The notes beneath the pieces are model-generated. The model saw only the letters and a list, made by a program, of their open reading frames with translations. It was not told the DNA's origin and did no database searches. Shown piece by piece: positions 39,610 to 50,205 of a stretch of DNA of 64,000 nucleotides. The position numbers and the translations under genes were made by a program. The DNA lies in IMG/VR virus record IMGVR_UViG_3300047323_000675; one strand, 5' to 3'. Within the stretch, counting starts at the first letter, position 1. Each line of letters starts with the position of its first letter. Source of the stretch: a virus.

Positions 39610-40202
39610 AATTTTAATTTCTTTTTATTAATTCTATCAGAAGAAAGTTCTTTTACTAGTCCATTAGCTAATTCTCTTTTATCAAACATATCTTTGATTT
39701 GTTTATTAAAGTCATTTTTATTTTCATCCAAAAAGTCTTCAATATATGAAGTTTTTTCAATATTATATTCAAAAATTAAATAAGTTATAATTTCAATTTC
39801 ATGATCAGAACAAAGTGTACAAAATATTCCATCATTATTTGCATGGATATTTGCATGCTCTTTTAACTCTGGTGAAGATAGAAGATATTTTACAATATTA
39901 AGATTTCCATTTATGGCAGAACAATATAAAGCGTGATCACTATTTGCATGAATATCCGCATGATTTTGTAATTCAGAAGAAGTTAAGATATATTTTAGAA
40001 TATCCCAATGCTCATTTGTGCAAGCATAAGTCAGAGAACTACAAGAATGATAATTAATGTCCGCATGAATTTTAAGTTCAGGTGAAGTTAGTAAATACTG
40101 TACCTTTTGAAACTCCCCATAGTTACAAGCAGTCATATAATGATTATTTAATTCTGCTTGAGAACAATTTTTATAAAGTTCATAAAATTTTTTATCATTC
40201 AT
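39606..40202 (-). CDS. ankyrin-repeat protein
   Basis: ALYCSAINGNLNIVKYLL; ends KKLKL. Confidence 0.92.
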   Translation of the reverse strand: MNDKKFYELYKNCSQAELNNHYMTACNYGEFQKVQYLLTSPELKIHADINYHSCSSLTYACTNEHWDILKYILTSSELQNHADIHANSDHALYCSAINGNLNIVKYLLSSPELKEHANIHANNDGIFCTLCSDHEIEIITYLIFEYNIEKTSYIEDFLDENKNDFNKQIKDMFDKRELANGLVKELSSDRINKKKLKL

Positions 40203-41023
40203 AACTTTAACCTTTTGTGAGTAGGCTTTTCTTTATTAGTTACAAGTTCAGAAACTAATGAATTATGTAAATCACGGTTATCAAACATTGCATTTATGGT
40301 TCTCTGTAAGTCTACCGCTTTATCTTCTTTTGAAAACGAATTTAAATAATCTATTATATTATTATTTTTTTCTATATTTAAATCATAAATAAAATATTTA
40401 ATTATTTCCATTATCAATGCAGGATTTGCTAAATTATTGGCTTTATTACCATAATTGTCTCTCATAAATGCATACTTCATATATGTTCTTTTATTGAAGG
40501 TACTAGCACGATAATAATCATTACAAATAGAGATAAAGGCATAATCATTTTGAGCATGAATATTTGAATGCTCCTTTAATTCTTTTGAAGCGGCCAAGAA
40601 TTTAATCAATTCAAAATTAAGCCCATTACAAGCTGCTACAAATGCTTCATCATCTCTAACATGAATATTAGGATGAAATTTTAGTTCATCTGAACAAAAT
40701 AAATATTTTATAATGTTTAAATTACCATTTTCACAAGTATTTTTAATCCAGGAATCATTTTTTATATGAATTCTGTCAAATATATTTTTTGTATTTTCTG
40801 AATTAAGAAAATACTTAACAACATGAAGATGCCCATTAATGCATGCTTTATTAAAAACAGCCTCTAGATTATAATTATCAGTTGATTTAATTTTTTTGCT
40901 TAAAAATAATTTTTCAATAACATCTAAATTACCATTCTCAGAGGCTTTTAACAAAACATCAAAATCATCTCTTGTAAAATCTTTTTGATAAAAATTTTTA
41001 AATATATCTTTTAATTTGTTCAC
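40199..41023 (-). CDS. ankyrin-repeat protein, FKQIFK subfamily (GTG start)
   Basis: ACINGHLHVVKYFL; AFISICNDY insert as in 1712..2566 and 8543..9355; ends KRLKL. Confidence 0.88.
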   Translation of the reverse strand: MNKLKDIFKNFYQKDFTRDDFDVLLKASENGNLDVIEKLFLSKKIKSTDNYNLEAVFNKACINGHLHVVKYFLNSENTKNIFDRIHIKNDSWIKNTCENGNLNIIKYLFCSDELKFHPNIHVRDDEAFVAACNGLNFELIKFLAASKELKEHSNIHAQNDYAFISICNDYYRASTFNKRTYMKYAFMRDNYGNKANNLANPALIMEIIKYFIYDLNIEKNNNIIDYLNSFSKEDKAVDLQRTINAMFDNRDLHNSLVSELVTNKEKPTHKRLKL

Positions 41024-41048
41024 AAGCCAACCTATTTTTAAATGACTT

Positions 41049-41603
41049 TTAAATTTTATCAGAATTTAATTCATATTCTAGATCACGGTTAAAACTTCTT
41101 ATTAAAAACATTTTTTTAACCATTTCTATAAATGGATTACTTCGATTGTTAAGGTAGTCAGCTATATATGGATTTAAAGATATATTGAAGTCAAAAATAA
41201 GATATTTTAAAACTTCAATTCTTCCTGAAAAAAGAGATGTAAAAAACACTGCATCTTTATATGAATGAACATCTACTCTGTTTGTTAAATCTTTAGATGT
41301 TAATAAATAATGAATTATTGACAAATGACCATTTCTACATGCACTTTTAATTGCGGAACTATTGTCAGCATAAATATTTGCATACTTCTTTAATTCTAAA
41401 GAAGTTAGCAGATATTTCACTAATTCTAAATGACCATTTTGGCAAGCATACTTCAAAGGAGAATCATTAAAACAATTTATGTTTGCATGGACTCTTAATG
41501 TAGAAGATGTTAATAGATACTTAACTTGCTCTACATTTCCCTCCTTACAGAATTTAAGTAATTTTAAATTTAACTTTTTTTGTTTTTGAATATCAAATCT
41601 CAT
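41049..41603 (-). CDS. ankyrin-repeat protein with shortened tail
   Basis: PLKYACQNGHLELVKYLL; ends ELNSDKI without the KKxK part. Confidence 0.88.
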   Translation of the reverse strand: MRFDIQKQKKLNLKLLKFCKEGNVEQVKYLLTSSTLRVHANINCFNDSPLKYACQNGHLELVKYLLTSLELKKYANIYADNSSAIKSACRNGHLSIIHYLLTSKDLTNRVDVHSYKDAVFFTSLFSGRIEVLKYLIFDFNISLNPYIADYLNNRSNPFIEMVKKMFLIRSFNRDLEYELNSDKI

Positions 41604-41666
41604 AATATACTTTTTGAGTTTGATTTTAATTATAAATCAGATATTAACTAAATGTCTACAAAATAT

Positions 41667-42263
41667 TTATATTTTAAGTTTCTTTTTTATGTCTTTATAC
41701 TGATTAAGTGCTAAATTAAGTTCTGTATTTAATTCTCTAGATTTAAACATTTTTTCTACTTCATAATTAGGAATATTATGTAAATGTAAATGAACAACTT
41801 TATTCTTTTCTATATTAAGATCAAAAATAAAATGCTTTAATATTTCTATTTGATTGTATTGTAAACAAGTTAAAAAACCAATATCTTGTATAGTCTCTAT
41901 TTCGATATGTTGGTTTAAGTTGGGAGAAGATGTTAAGTATTTTACTACTTCTATAAATCCGTTATTACAAGCCATTTGAAAACCTAAAAAATTAGGTGAT
42001 TTAATATCCGTATATTTATTGATATCTTGAGAAGTTAATAAATATTGGACTATATCTAAATGACCGAAAGCACAAGCTAATGTTAATGGGCCTGTGCTTT
42101 TTGATAAATCAATATCTTTAGCTAACTCTTTATTTTTAAAAATTGATTTGATAGTTTCCAAATCAGCTTTTTGTATAGCTAATTCTAATTTGGCAATAGG
42201 GTTTTTCCCCTTATAAGTATTTTCTCTAGATTGATTCATAATAACTTTTGATGTTATAGGCAT
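41667..42263 (-). CDS. ankyrin-repeat protein
   Basis: PLTLACAFGHLDIVQYLL; ends KKLKI. Confidence 0.9.
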   Translation of the reverse strand: MPITSKVIMNQSRENTYKGKNPIAKLELAIQKADLETIKSIFKNKELAKDIDLSKSTGPLTLACAFGHLDIVQYLLTSQDINKYTDIKSPNFLGFQMACNNGFIEVVKYLTSSPNLNQHIEIETIQDIGFLTCLQYNQIEILKHFIFDLNIEKNKVVHLHLHNIPNYEVEKMFKSRELNTELNLALNQYKDIKKKLKI

Positions 42264-42300
42264 TATGAATCAATTACCATATTAATTCAACAATAATATT

Positions 42301-43329
42301 TTACAGTTTTAATTTGTTATTTTTCAATTCTTGATTAGTAGATATTTCATCATTTAATTCTTTATTAATTTCCCGCATATCAAACAATTTTTTTATTTGG
42401 CCATCAGTATCATATTCTTCAAGAAGGGATTTTATCTTAGTTGTTAATTTAATGCCATAATCAAAAATTAAAACATTTAATAAATCAAAATTTGTATTGA
42501 TGATTGCTGTAGTAAATGCACTATCATCATTTGCATGAATATCTATATTTTGATTATAATCTTTATGCATCAACAACATTTTAGTAAGATCTAAGTTATT
42601 ATTGCCATATGCTAGTTCTAAATGTGATTGAGTTATATTAAGTTTATAATAGTTGTTAATGTTTGGAGATTTAATTAAATATTGTATCATCTCTAAATCT
42701 CCTTTAACACAAGCTGTATTTAAAAGGTTTTCGCTAATTTTAGAAATATTAATTTGTTTATTATCTATAGAATTAATTAAATATTGTACAATATCCATTT
42801 TTGAACAATAACATGCTTGGTTTAATGCATTAAAATAATAATATTCGCTATACATTGAACTACTCCAAGCGAATTTTTCCATTTTTGGTTTGTGAAAGTT
42901 CAATAAGTATTGAACGACTTCTAAATAGCCATTTCTACATGCTATACAGAAGCCTTCATTAATTGTGAATTTATCACTATCTTTAATATCATTCAAAGTA
43001 AGAAAATACTTAATAATATTTAGTTGTCCAGAATTACATGCGGAATTAAATGCAGAAATCAATGGTTGAGAGCCAATTGTGTTTATCGAAAAAGAATGTT
43101 TACAATCATCAGATGAAAGAAAATATTTAATCAGATTTAGATGACCTCTAGAGCATACTAATCGTAATCCACGATCATTTTCACAATGAACATCGGCAGT
43201 GATTTTTAAATCATCTGAAGTAATTAAATATTTAACTTCGTCTAAATTTCCATTATCACAAGCATCTAAATATGCTTTATCAATCTTTGATGGTGAGAAA
43301 TTTTTAAATTTTTCAAATAAACTATTCAT
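42301..43329 (-). CDS. ankyrin-repeat protein (largest ankyrin member, 342 aa)
   Basis: ACRNGYLEVVQYLL, ACVKGDLEMIQYL; ends NKLKL. Confidence 0.92.
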   Translation of the reverse strand: MNSLFEKFKNFSPSKIDKAYLDACDNGNLDEVKYLITSDDLKITADVHCENDRGLRLVCSRGHLNLIKYFLSSDDCKHSFSINTIGSQPLISAFNSACNSGQLNIIKYFLTLNDIKDSDKFTINEGFCIACRNGYLEVVQYLLNFHKPKMEKFAWSSSMYSEYYYFNALNQACYCSKMDIVQYLINSIDNKQINISKISENLLNTACVKGDLEMIQYLIKSPNINNYYKLNITQSHLELAYGNNNLDLTKMLLMHKDYNQNIDIHANDDSAFTTAIINTNFDLLNVLIFDYGIKLTTKIKSLLEEYDTDGQIKKLFDMREINKELNDEISTNQELKNNKLKL

Positions 43330-44027
43330 ATTTTGCTTGTTTTTGATTTGATTTGATTTTCTGAAGATAATTCAGATTGAAGTTCCTGATTTAAGTCTCT
43401 TAATTTAAATAAATTTTCAATTTCTGCAATTGGTTCTTTTTCTAAACACTTTCTAATGAACTCAGTTTTTTCTATATGAAGGTCAAAAATAAAGAATTTT
43501 ACAATCTCTAAAAACCCTTTTTCATAGGCACAAAATAAAGGGCGATCTTCATGAACATGAATATTAGAATGTTCTTTTAAGTCAGGTGAGGATGTAAGAT
43601 ATTTAACAATTTCTAAATATCCTTTTTGACAAGAAAGTAATAGAGCATAATCTTGCGAACCCATATAGTTTGCATGAATATTAGGATGGGTTTTTAATTC
43701 TTTAGAAGTAAGGAGGTATTTTACTAATTCAAGATTTCCACTATAACAAGCCAAAATAAGAGCCGTATCATTTTCATGATGCAAATCTGCATGTTTTTGT
43801 AATTCAGGTGATGTTAATAAATACTGAACAATATCTAGATGCCCATTTTTGCAAGCAGTGCGTAATGCAGTCTCACCACGGTATGATATATCTGCATTAT
43901 GTTCTAACTCCTTTGATGTTAGCAAATATTTGACAATATCTAAATGACCATTTTCACAGGCTTGTACATAATCTGCATTAATTATATTTATGCTGCAATT
44001 TTTATATATATCAAAGAGATTACTCAT
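43326..44027 (-). CDS. ankyrin-repeat protein
   Basis: ACENGHLDIVKYLL, ALRTACKNGHLDIVQYLL; ends KTSKI. Confidence 0.93.
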   Translation of the reverse strand: MSNLFDIYKNCSINIINADYVQACENGHLDIVKYLLTSKELEHNADISYRGETALRTACKNGHLDIVQYLLTSPELQKHADLHHENDTALILACYSGNLELVKYLLTSKELKTHPNIHANYMGSQDYALLLSCQKGYLEIVKYLTSSPDLKEHSNIHVHEDRPLFCAYEKGFLEIVKFFIFDLHIEKTEFIRKCLEKEPIAEIENLFKLRDLNQELQSELSSENQIKSKTSKI

Positions 44028-44917
44028 ACTTTTAATCTTTTATTGTTAGTTTCATTAGAATTTAGTTCACTAATGACTTCTTTTTTTATTTCTCTTAAAT
44101 CAAATAACTTATTTACTAAGTTAACTGAAGGATTTGATGATGCTCGCTTAAGCGAATTATTTATGTCAGTATTTCGTTCAATATTAAGTTCTAAAATAAA
44201 ATATTCTAAAATATTGATTCTATGATTTCGAAGGGCAATATCAAAAGTTGAATATTTATTATAATTTGAATTAGCATTAACATCTAAATCTTTAGATTTT
44301 ATTAAATATTTAACAACATCTAATTGTCCTGTTGCACAAGCATCAAACAATGTTTCATTAATTTCTGGATATACTTTTTCTCTTATTTTAGAATTATCAT
44401 TTGTTAAAAAATATTGAACTACATTTAAATGACCACCCATACCAGCAATTGGTAAACATCTTGGTAAAATAGATGAATGTTCTTTTAATTTAGGTGACTC
44501 AAGCAAATATTTTATAATATCTAAATGGCCACTTGAACAAGCATGGAACAAAGCATTATCAGAATCGGCATGAATATTAGGCTTTAATGTTAAATCATTT
44601 GAAGTAAGTAAATAATCAACAATTGATAAATGTCCATACATACAGGCATATTTTAAGGCACTATTTAAGTAATCAAGTAATTCAGAATCATTTTTTAACT
44701 CATTTAGCAAACATTTTACAATATCTAAATGACCATAAACTGCGGCTTTATCTAATCCATGAGCTTTTTTTAATAAAGAAGTATCTTCAGTGATTGAATT
44801 GTAATCAATCAATAAATGCTTAACTATTTCTATATTACCATTTTGGCACGCCTCAATAAAAACATCATTTAATTCAGATGCATTTTTATCTTTAAATTTT
44901 TCAGATAACATATTCAT
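44024..44917 (-). CDS. ankyrin-repeat protein
   Basis: ALKYACMYGHLSIVDYLL; ends KRLKV. Confidence 0.93.
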   Translation of the reverse strand: MNMLSEKFKDKNASELNDVFIEACQNGNIEIVKHLLIDYNSITEDTSLLKKAHGLDKAAVYGHLDIVKCLLNELKNDSELLDYLNSALKYACMYGHLSIVDYLLTSNDLTLKPNIHADSDNALFHACSSGHLDIIKYLLESPKLKEHSSILPRCLPIAGMGGHLNVVQYFLTNDNSKIREKVYPEINETLFDACATGQLDVVKYLIKSKDLDVNANSNYNKYSTFDIALRNHRINILEYFILELNIERNTDINNSLKRASSNPSVNLVNKLFDLREIKKEVISELNSNETNNKRLKV

Positions 44918-45834
44918 AATTTTATCCTTTTATTAGTATTAGACTTAGTAGCATTTAATTCTTTATTAAGCTGCTTATTCACCTCTCTTAAATTAAACCA
45001 ATCATTTATTTTATTGGTAAAATTACAAGGATTTTCTTTGAGATATTTTTTAATATGTTTATTTTTTTTAATTTCTAAGTCAAAAATTAAATAACTTAAT
45101 AGTTCACTTTCTTCATGTTGCATTAATTTAGCAAAAGCATCATCTTTTTTTACATGTATATTAGGTCTATATTCTATCTTATCTGTAGTAAATAAAAACT
45201 GTACAATATCTTTTCTTCCATATGAACAGGCTTCAGTGAATGCGAAATTAATTCTTTTTTGTGTTGCATATCCTGGAAAAGTAAGAATATATTCTACGAC
45301 TTTTAATTGATCGCCTAAACAAGCCATTCTTAAAGGTGAGTCAAAATGAACACCAATATCAGCATGTGTTTTAAGTTCAACTGAAGTTAAAAGATAATCT
45401 AGTACATCTAAATATCCATGCAAACATGCACCAGATAATGGATTTCCACCTCCGGCTAATTTAATATCAGCATGCTCTTTTAAATCAGGCGAAGTTAAAA
45501 GATATTTAACTACATTTAAATGACCACTATTACAGGCAATTTGAAGAGATTCATCATGTTCGAAATGTATGTCAGCATGTTCTTTTAACTCAGGAGAAGC
45601 CAAAAGATATTTAACTATATCTAGATGTCCTTTAAAACAAGCAGATTTTAATGGGAACATTAAATCATAATCCCCATCATGACATTGAGCTTTAGCATGA
45701 AGATTTAATTCAGGAGAAGTAAGAAGATATTTAACTTTTTCTATTTCTCCATCTCTACATGCATTAATTAAAGATAAATTTAATTCTTCAATGTTTTTAT
45801 CTTTGAATTGTTCATAAAAATTATTTCTGCTCAT
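44914..45834 (-). CDS. ankyrin-repeat protein
   Basis: PLKSACFKGHLDIVKYLL, PLSGACLHGYLDVLDYLL; ends KRIKL. Confidence 0.93.
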   Translation of the reverse strand: MSRNNFYEQFKDKNIEELNLSLINACRDGEIEKVKYLLTSPELNLHAKAQCHDGDYDLMFPLKSACFKGHLDIVKYLLASPELKEHADIHFEHDESLQIACNSGHLNVVKYLLTSPDLKEHADIKLAGGGNPLSGACLHGYLDVLDYLLTSVELKTHADIGVHFDSPLRMACLGDQLKVVEYILTFPGYATQKRINFAFTEACSYGRKDIVQFLFTTDKIEYRPNIHVKKDDAFAKLMQHEESELLSYLIFDLEIKKNKHIKKYLKENPCNFTNKINDWFNLREVNKQLNKELNATKSNTNKRIKL

Positions 45835-46418
45835 AACTTAACTGGTTTTATATATATTTTAGCAGAAGAAAGCTCTTTTACTAGTTCTTTATTAACTTCA
45901 CGCATTGAAAAAAGCTTTTCTGCATATGCATAAGGAGTAGTATTTAAGTATTTACTTATCTGTTCATTTTTGGGCATATTCATTTCGACAATTAAAAAAT
46001 CTAAACAGGCATAATGATTTTCTTCACAAGCATTTATAAATGCTTCTTCATAATGTGAATCCAAACTAGCATTTTTTTTTAACTCTGGAGATGTTAATAG
46101 GTATCTAACCATATCAAGATTTTCACAATTAAAATAAAACATTAGAAGGCAGTTATTATTAGCTGTGACATCTGCATGTTCTGTTAACTCAGGTGAAGTT
46201 AATAAATATGAAATTATGTTTTTATGATTCTTTCCACATGCAAATTGTAATCCAAGATCCTTTTGATAATGAATGTCAGCATGTTTATTTAAGCTAGAAG
46301 AAGTTAATAATGTTTTAACTTTTGTGAAGTCGCCATCATTACAAGCTTTAAGAAATAATTCATTTGCTTTTTCTTGAGAGTTTTTATTTATATATTCGAA
46401 AAATAAATCAGGAATCAT
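45831..46418 (-). CDS. ankyrin-repeat protein
   Basis: ACNDGDFTKVKTLL, YLLTSPELTEHA; ends KPVKL. Confidence 0.9.
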   Translation of the reverse strand: MIPDLFFEYINKNSQEKANELFLKACNDGDFTKVKTLLTSSSLNKHADIHYQKDLGLQFACGKNHKNIISYLLTSPELTEHADVTANNNCLLMFYFNCENLDMVRYLLTSPELKKNASLDSHYEEAFINACEENHYACLDFLIVEMNMPKNEQISKYLNTTPYAYAEKLFSMREVNKELVKELSSAKIYIKPVKL

Positions 46419-47206
46419 AATTTTGTCTTCTTTTGATATAGTTTATCAGAAAGAAGTTCTTTTTCTAGTGATTCATTTGTTTCACGCATTTCAAACATAT
46501 GCTTAACTTTTTCTACAAAAGGATTAATTTCGCTTTTTAAATAGTTTTTTATATTTTCATTAACATCAATATTTAAATCAAAAATCAAATATTGAATTAT
46601 TTTTAGATTGCCTTGATTACAGGCCGAAATAAATATTAAATCATTTTCTGCATGTACATTTAATTTTTTAGATTCTAAAAGAAATTTAAGAATATCAAGA
46701 TGTCCATTTTCAATAATAATTTTATAATTAGAATATGGATGAATATGAGCATGTTCATCTAATTCAGATGAAGTAAGCATATATTTAACAACTTCTAAAT
46801 GACCATTCGCACAAGCCAAATGAAATGCATAATCATCATCTGCATGAATATTTGCTTTATCTTTCAATTTAGGTGAAGTAAGTAAAAATTTGACAATCTC
46901 TAAATCTCCTACTTTTGCAGCTAAACTTAAAGGCCAATCTAAACAAGAATGAATATCAGCATGTTCTTTGAGCTTAGGCGAAGTAAGTAAATAATCAACA
47001 ACTTCTAAGTTGTGATTACTACAAGCATTATGTAGTCCCGCGTCATCATCATAATGAATATTAACATTTCTACTTAATTTAGAGCTTGTTAAAAAGAATT
47101 CAATTTTATTTAAATTCCCATCCCAACAAGCTTGTCGGAATTCACTACCTAAATCAATAATGCTAAAATTTTGGTATTGATTATAAAGGAAGTCTTCATT
47201 ATCCAT
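46415..47206 (-). CDS. ankyrin-repeat protein
   Basis: PLSLAAKVGDLEIVKFLL; ends KKTKL. Confidence 0.93.
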   Translation of the reverse strand: MDNEDFLYNQYQNFSIIDLGSEFRQACWDGNLNKIEFFLTSSKLSRNVNIHYDDDAGLHNACSNHNLEVVDYLLTSPKLKEHADIHSCLDWPLSLAAKVGDLEIVKFLLTSPKLKDKANIHADDDYAFHLACANGHLEVVKYMLTSSELDEHAHIHPYSNYKIIIENGHLDILKFLLESKKLNVHAENDLIFISACNQGNLKIIQYLIFDLNIDVNENIKNYLKSEINPFVEKVKHMFEMRETNESLEKELLSDKLYQKKTKL

Positions 47207-47904
47207 TAAACTTTATTCCTTTTAGAACTATTGGTATTGATAGATAAATCATTAATTAAATCTTTATTTAAATTTCTTAATTCAAATATCTTATTGATTT
47301 CATTTTTTATTGGTGAATTTATATATTCTAAACACTGTTTCATAACTTCAGTAAACTCAATATTTAAATCAAATATAATATAACTTAAAGCTTCTATATT
47401 TTGTTTTTCAATAAGAGTTCTAAAAATAAGATCTTCATCTAAATGAATATCAAATTTTTCCAATTTTTTTGATGTAAGTAAATATTTAAGAATATTTAAA
47501 TGACCTCCTTGGCAAGCATATGCAATAGGTTCATAATTATTTGCAGAAATATTAGCATGTTCTTTTAAGTCAGGAGATGTAAGTAAATAATTTACGGTTT
47601 CTAAATGTCCATATTTACATGCTAAGCTTAAAGCCATATCATTTTTTGAATGAATATTTGCATGATTTTTTAGGTTAGGTGAGGTTAATAAAAATTTTAT
47701 TATTTCTAATTTTCCCTTTTTACTTGCTGATGTTAATGGCAATCCATTATCATAATTAAGACTCGCATTAATTGGTAAATCAGAGGAAGTTAATAAGTAA
47801 GAAATTTCTTCAAGCCATCCTTTTTCACATGCTAAACAAAGCCGTGAATTTAACTCAAGATATGAACAATCTTTAAATTGTTCGTAATATTCAGGATATT
47901 TCAT
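47206..47904 (-). CDS. ankyrin-repeat protein
   Basis: ALSLACKYGHLETVNYLL; ends KRNKV. Confidence 0.93.
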   Translation of the reverse strand: MKYPEYYEQFKDCSYLELNSRLCLACEKGWLEEISYLLTSSDLPINASLNYDNGLPLTSASKKGKLEIIKFLLTSPNLKNHANIHSKNDMALSLACKYGHLETVNYLLTSPDLKEHANISANNYEPIAYACQGGHLNILKYLLTSKKLEKFDIHLDEDLIFRTLIEKQNIEALSYIIFDLNIEFTEVMKQCLEYINSPIKNEINKIFELRNLNKDLINDLSINTNSSKRNKV

Positions 47905-48719
47905 AATTTTATTTTCTTTTTACTATATAAAGATACATTTGGAAGTTCCTCGGATAAGCTATGAGCAAGAAATCTTTTCTCAAACATATCTTTAATTTCA
48001 ATAACAAATTTTTCTTGCTCTTTTGCTGGTTCTTCTAAAAGTTTTTTGATATTATCTGTCATTTCTATATTCATATCAAAAATTAAGTAGCTAATGCACT
48101 CTCTTGCATCATTATAAATTCCGTGTTTAAAAAGAAGATCTTCAGAAGCATGGATATCCTCCAATTTACTAACATTATCTAGGGTTAATAAATACTTAAG
48201 GATATCTATTTGATTCTTTGCTATAGTAGCAAGCAATACATTCATGGTTATATCTGAATGCTCTTTTAAATCAGGAGAAGTAAGAAGATATTTAACAATT
48301 TCAAAATGACCTTTTTCGCATGCTGCACTAAGAGGTGGCATAAATACCCAGTTTATAAGTGCATGTTCTTTTAAATCAGACGATGTAAGTAAATATTTTA
48401 CTATTTCAAAGTGGCCTGCGCCACATGCATTAAGTAAAGCACCACAACTTTTTTCTTTGTGATCATTAAGATTTGCATGTTCTTTTAAATCAGGTGAAGT
48501 AAGTAAATACTTTACTATATCAAAATGTCCGTGCCAACAAGCATCCGATAATCCTGCATCTTCATAATGATGAATATCTGCATGTTCTTTTAATTCTGGT
48601 GAGGTTAATAAATATCGAACTTCATCTAAATTACCTTTTTCACATGCAGAGCAAAATGCACTACTTAATTTTTCTGGTGATGAGTATTTATATTTTGAAT
48701 AAAAAGATTCATGTATCAT
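47901..48719 (-). CDS. ankyrin-repeat protein
   Basis: Three near-identical GHF[DE]IVKYLLTSxDLKEH repeats; ends KKIKL. Confidence 0.93.
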   Translation of the reverse strand: MIHESFYSKYKYSSPEKLSSAFCSACEKGNLDEVRYLLTSPELKEHADIHHYEDAGLSDACWHGHFDIVKYLLTSPDLKEHANLNDHKEKSCGALLNACGAGHFEIVKYLLTSSDLKEHALINWVFMPPLSAACEKGHFEIVKYLLTSPDLKEHSDITMNVLLATIAKNQIDILKYLLTLDNVSKLEDIHASEDLLFKHGIYNDARECISYLIFDMNIEMTDNIKKLLEEPAKEQEKFVIEIKDMFEKRFLAHSLSEELPNVSLYSKKKIKL

Positions 48720-49402
48720 AATTTAAAAGATTTTTTGTTAGGTTCTTTATTTTTGATTAATTCTTGATTTAATGCAGTATATTCGTCGCGTTTAGCAAAC
48801 ATTGCTTCAATTCTTTTTGAAAAAGTATCGCTACGATAATCTAAATGAGTTTTTATGCTTACACTCATTTCTATTTTAGCTTCAAAAATAAGGTATTCTA
48901 AAATATCATTATGCCCTTTACTATATGCAATCATAAATAGATTATTCGTATCAAAGTCTATTTCATTTTTTAAATCATTTAGAAAATACTTAACTATATT
49001 TAAATGACCACTAAGAAATGCAGCTTTAACAATATATTCATTATTTTTTAGATTTGCATGCTCTTTTAACTCTGGAGATTTAAGTAGATATTGGATAACT
49101 CCCAATTGCCCCCCTTCCACAGCAGAATAAAGCATCTCATCTTGCCGAGCATGAATATCTATATCAACTATTTTTTGTTCCAATAGAAAGTAACGAATAA
49201 TATTAATATGCCCATTACGAGAAGCAAAAGATAAACCTTTATTTTTTACATAGTCTAATTGTGCATGCTTTTCTAATTCAGGAGAGAATAATAAATATTG
49301 TATAACTTCAAAATCACCTTTACCACATGCACTACAACAATGAACATTTAAACTATGTTGGCTCATATCTTTAAACTTTTTATATAAAGTAGGATTTTTC
49401 AT
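48716..49402 (-). CDS. ankyrin-repeat protein
   Basis: ASRNGHINIIRYFL; ends KSFKL. Confidence 0.9.
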   Translation of the reverse strand: MKNPTLYKKFKDMSQHSLNVHCCSACGKGDFEVIQYLLFSPELEKHAQLDYVKNKGLSFASRNGHINIIRYFLLEQKIVDIDIHARQDEMLYSAVEGGQLGVIQYLLKSPELKEHANLKNNEYIVKAAFLSGHLNIVKYFLNDLKNEIDFDTNNLFMIAYSKGHNDILEYLIFEAKIEMSVSIKTHLDYRSDTFSKRIEAMFAKRDEYTALNQELIKNKEPNKKSFKL

Positions 49403-49458
49403 AGTTCTTTGTATAATTTTAATATGGATTAAATTAAGGTTATACTAACATAATTCTA

Positions 49459-50142
49459 TTATAACTTCATTTTCTTTTGTTGCTCATTATTCTCTTGTAA
49501 TTCATTTTTTAAGGATTGATTTAATGCTGCCATTGCAAACATTTTTTCAACTTCTAAATTAGAATGGATATTTAAATATTCTATTAATGACTTGTTTTTT
49601 TCCATTTTCATCTCAATAATAAAAAACTTTAAAATTTCATACTGATTATTCTCTAATGCCCATCTAAACCCTTTATTATCTTCTGCATATAGGTTGATAT
49701 TTTCTTTTAAATCAGAAGAAGTAAGTAAATATTTAACTATTTCCAAATGTCCATCGGAACATGCATTAGCAAATCCAGATATATCTAAGTTAGAATGTGT
49801 TTTCAAATCAGATGAAGTTAACAGGTACTTAACAAGTTCTAAATGCCCTATTGAACATGCCATATTAAATGGATAATTATCTTTAACCAAAATATTTGCA
49901 TGTTCTTTTAAATCAGTTGAGGTTAAATAATAATGAACCAAATCTAATTGCCCTCTTCTACATGCTGTTCTTAATGCATAATCTTCTTTCATATGTATGT
50001 TAGCATTATATTGAATTTCTGTAGAGGATAGAAGATATTTAATTAAATCTTTTTCATTGTTTGTGCAGGCTAAATCAAATAATGAATCTATTTGTCTTTG
50101 AGATAACTTATCTAAATTGTGATATTTTTCTTTAATATTCAT
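49459..50142 (-). CDS. ankyrin-repeat protein
   Basis: ACSIGHLELVKYLL, ACSDGHLEIVKYLL; ends KKMKL. Confidence 0.93.
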   Translation of the reverse strand: MNIKEKYHNLDKLSQRQIDSLFDLACTNNEKDLIKYLLSSTEIQYNANIHMKEDYALRTACRRGQLDLVHYYLTSTDLKEHANILVKDNYPFNMACSIGHLELVKYLLTSSDLKTHSNLDISGFANACSDGHLEIVKYLLTSSDLKENINLYAEDNKGFRWALENNQYEILKFFIIEMKMEKNKSLIEYLNIHSNLEVEKMFAMAALNQSLKNELQENNEQQKKMKL

Positions 50143-50205
50143 AAATATATATTAGCAAATTAAAATTTCATTACTAGTTTAATATTTTAAATTGGATAAT
50201 CATGA

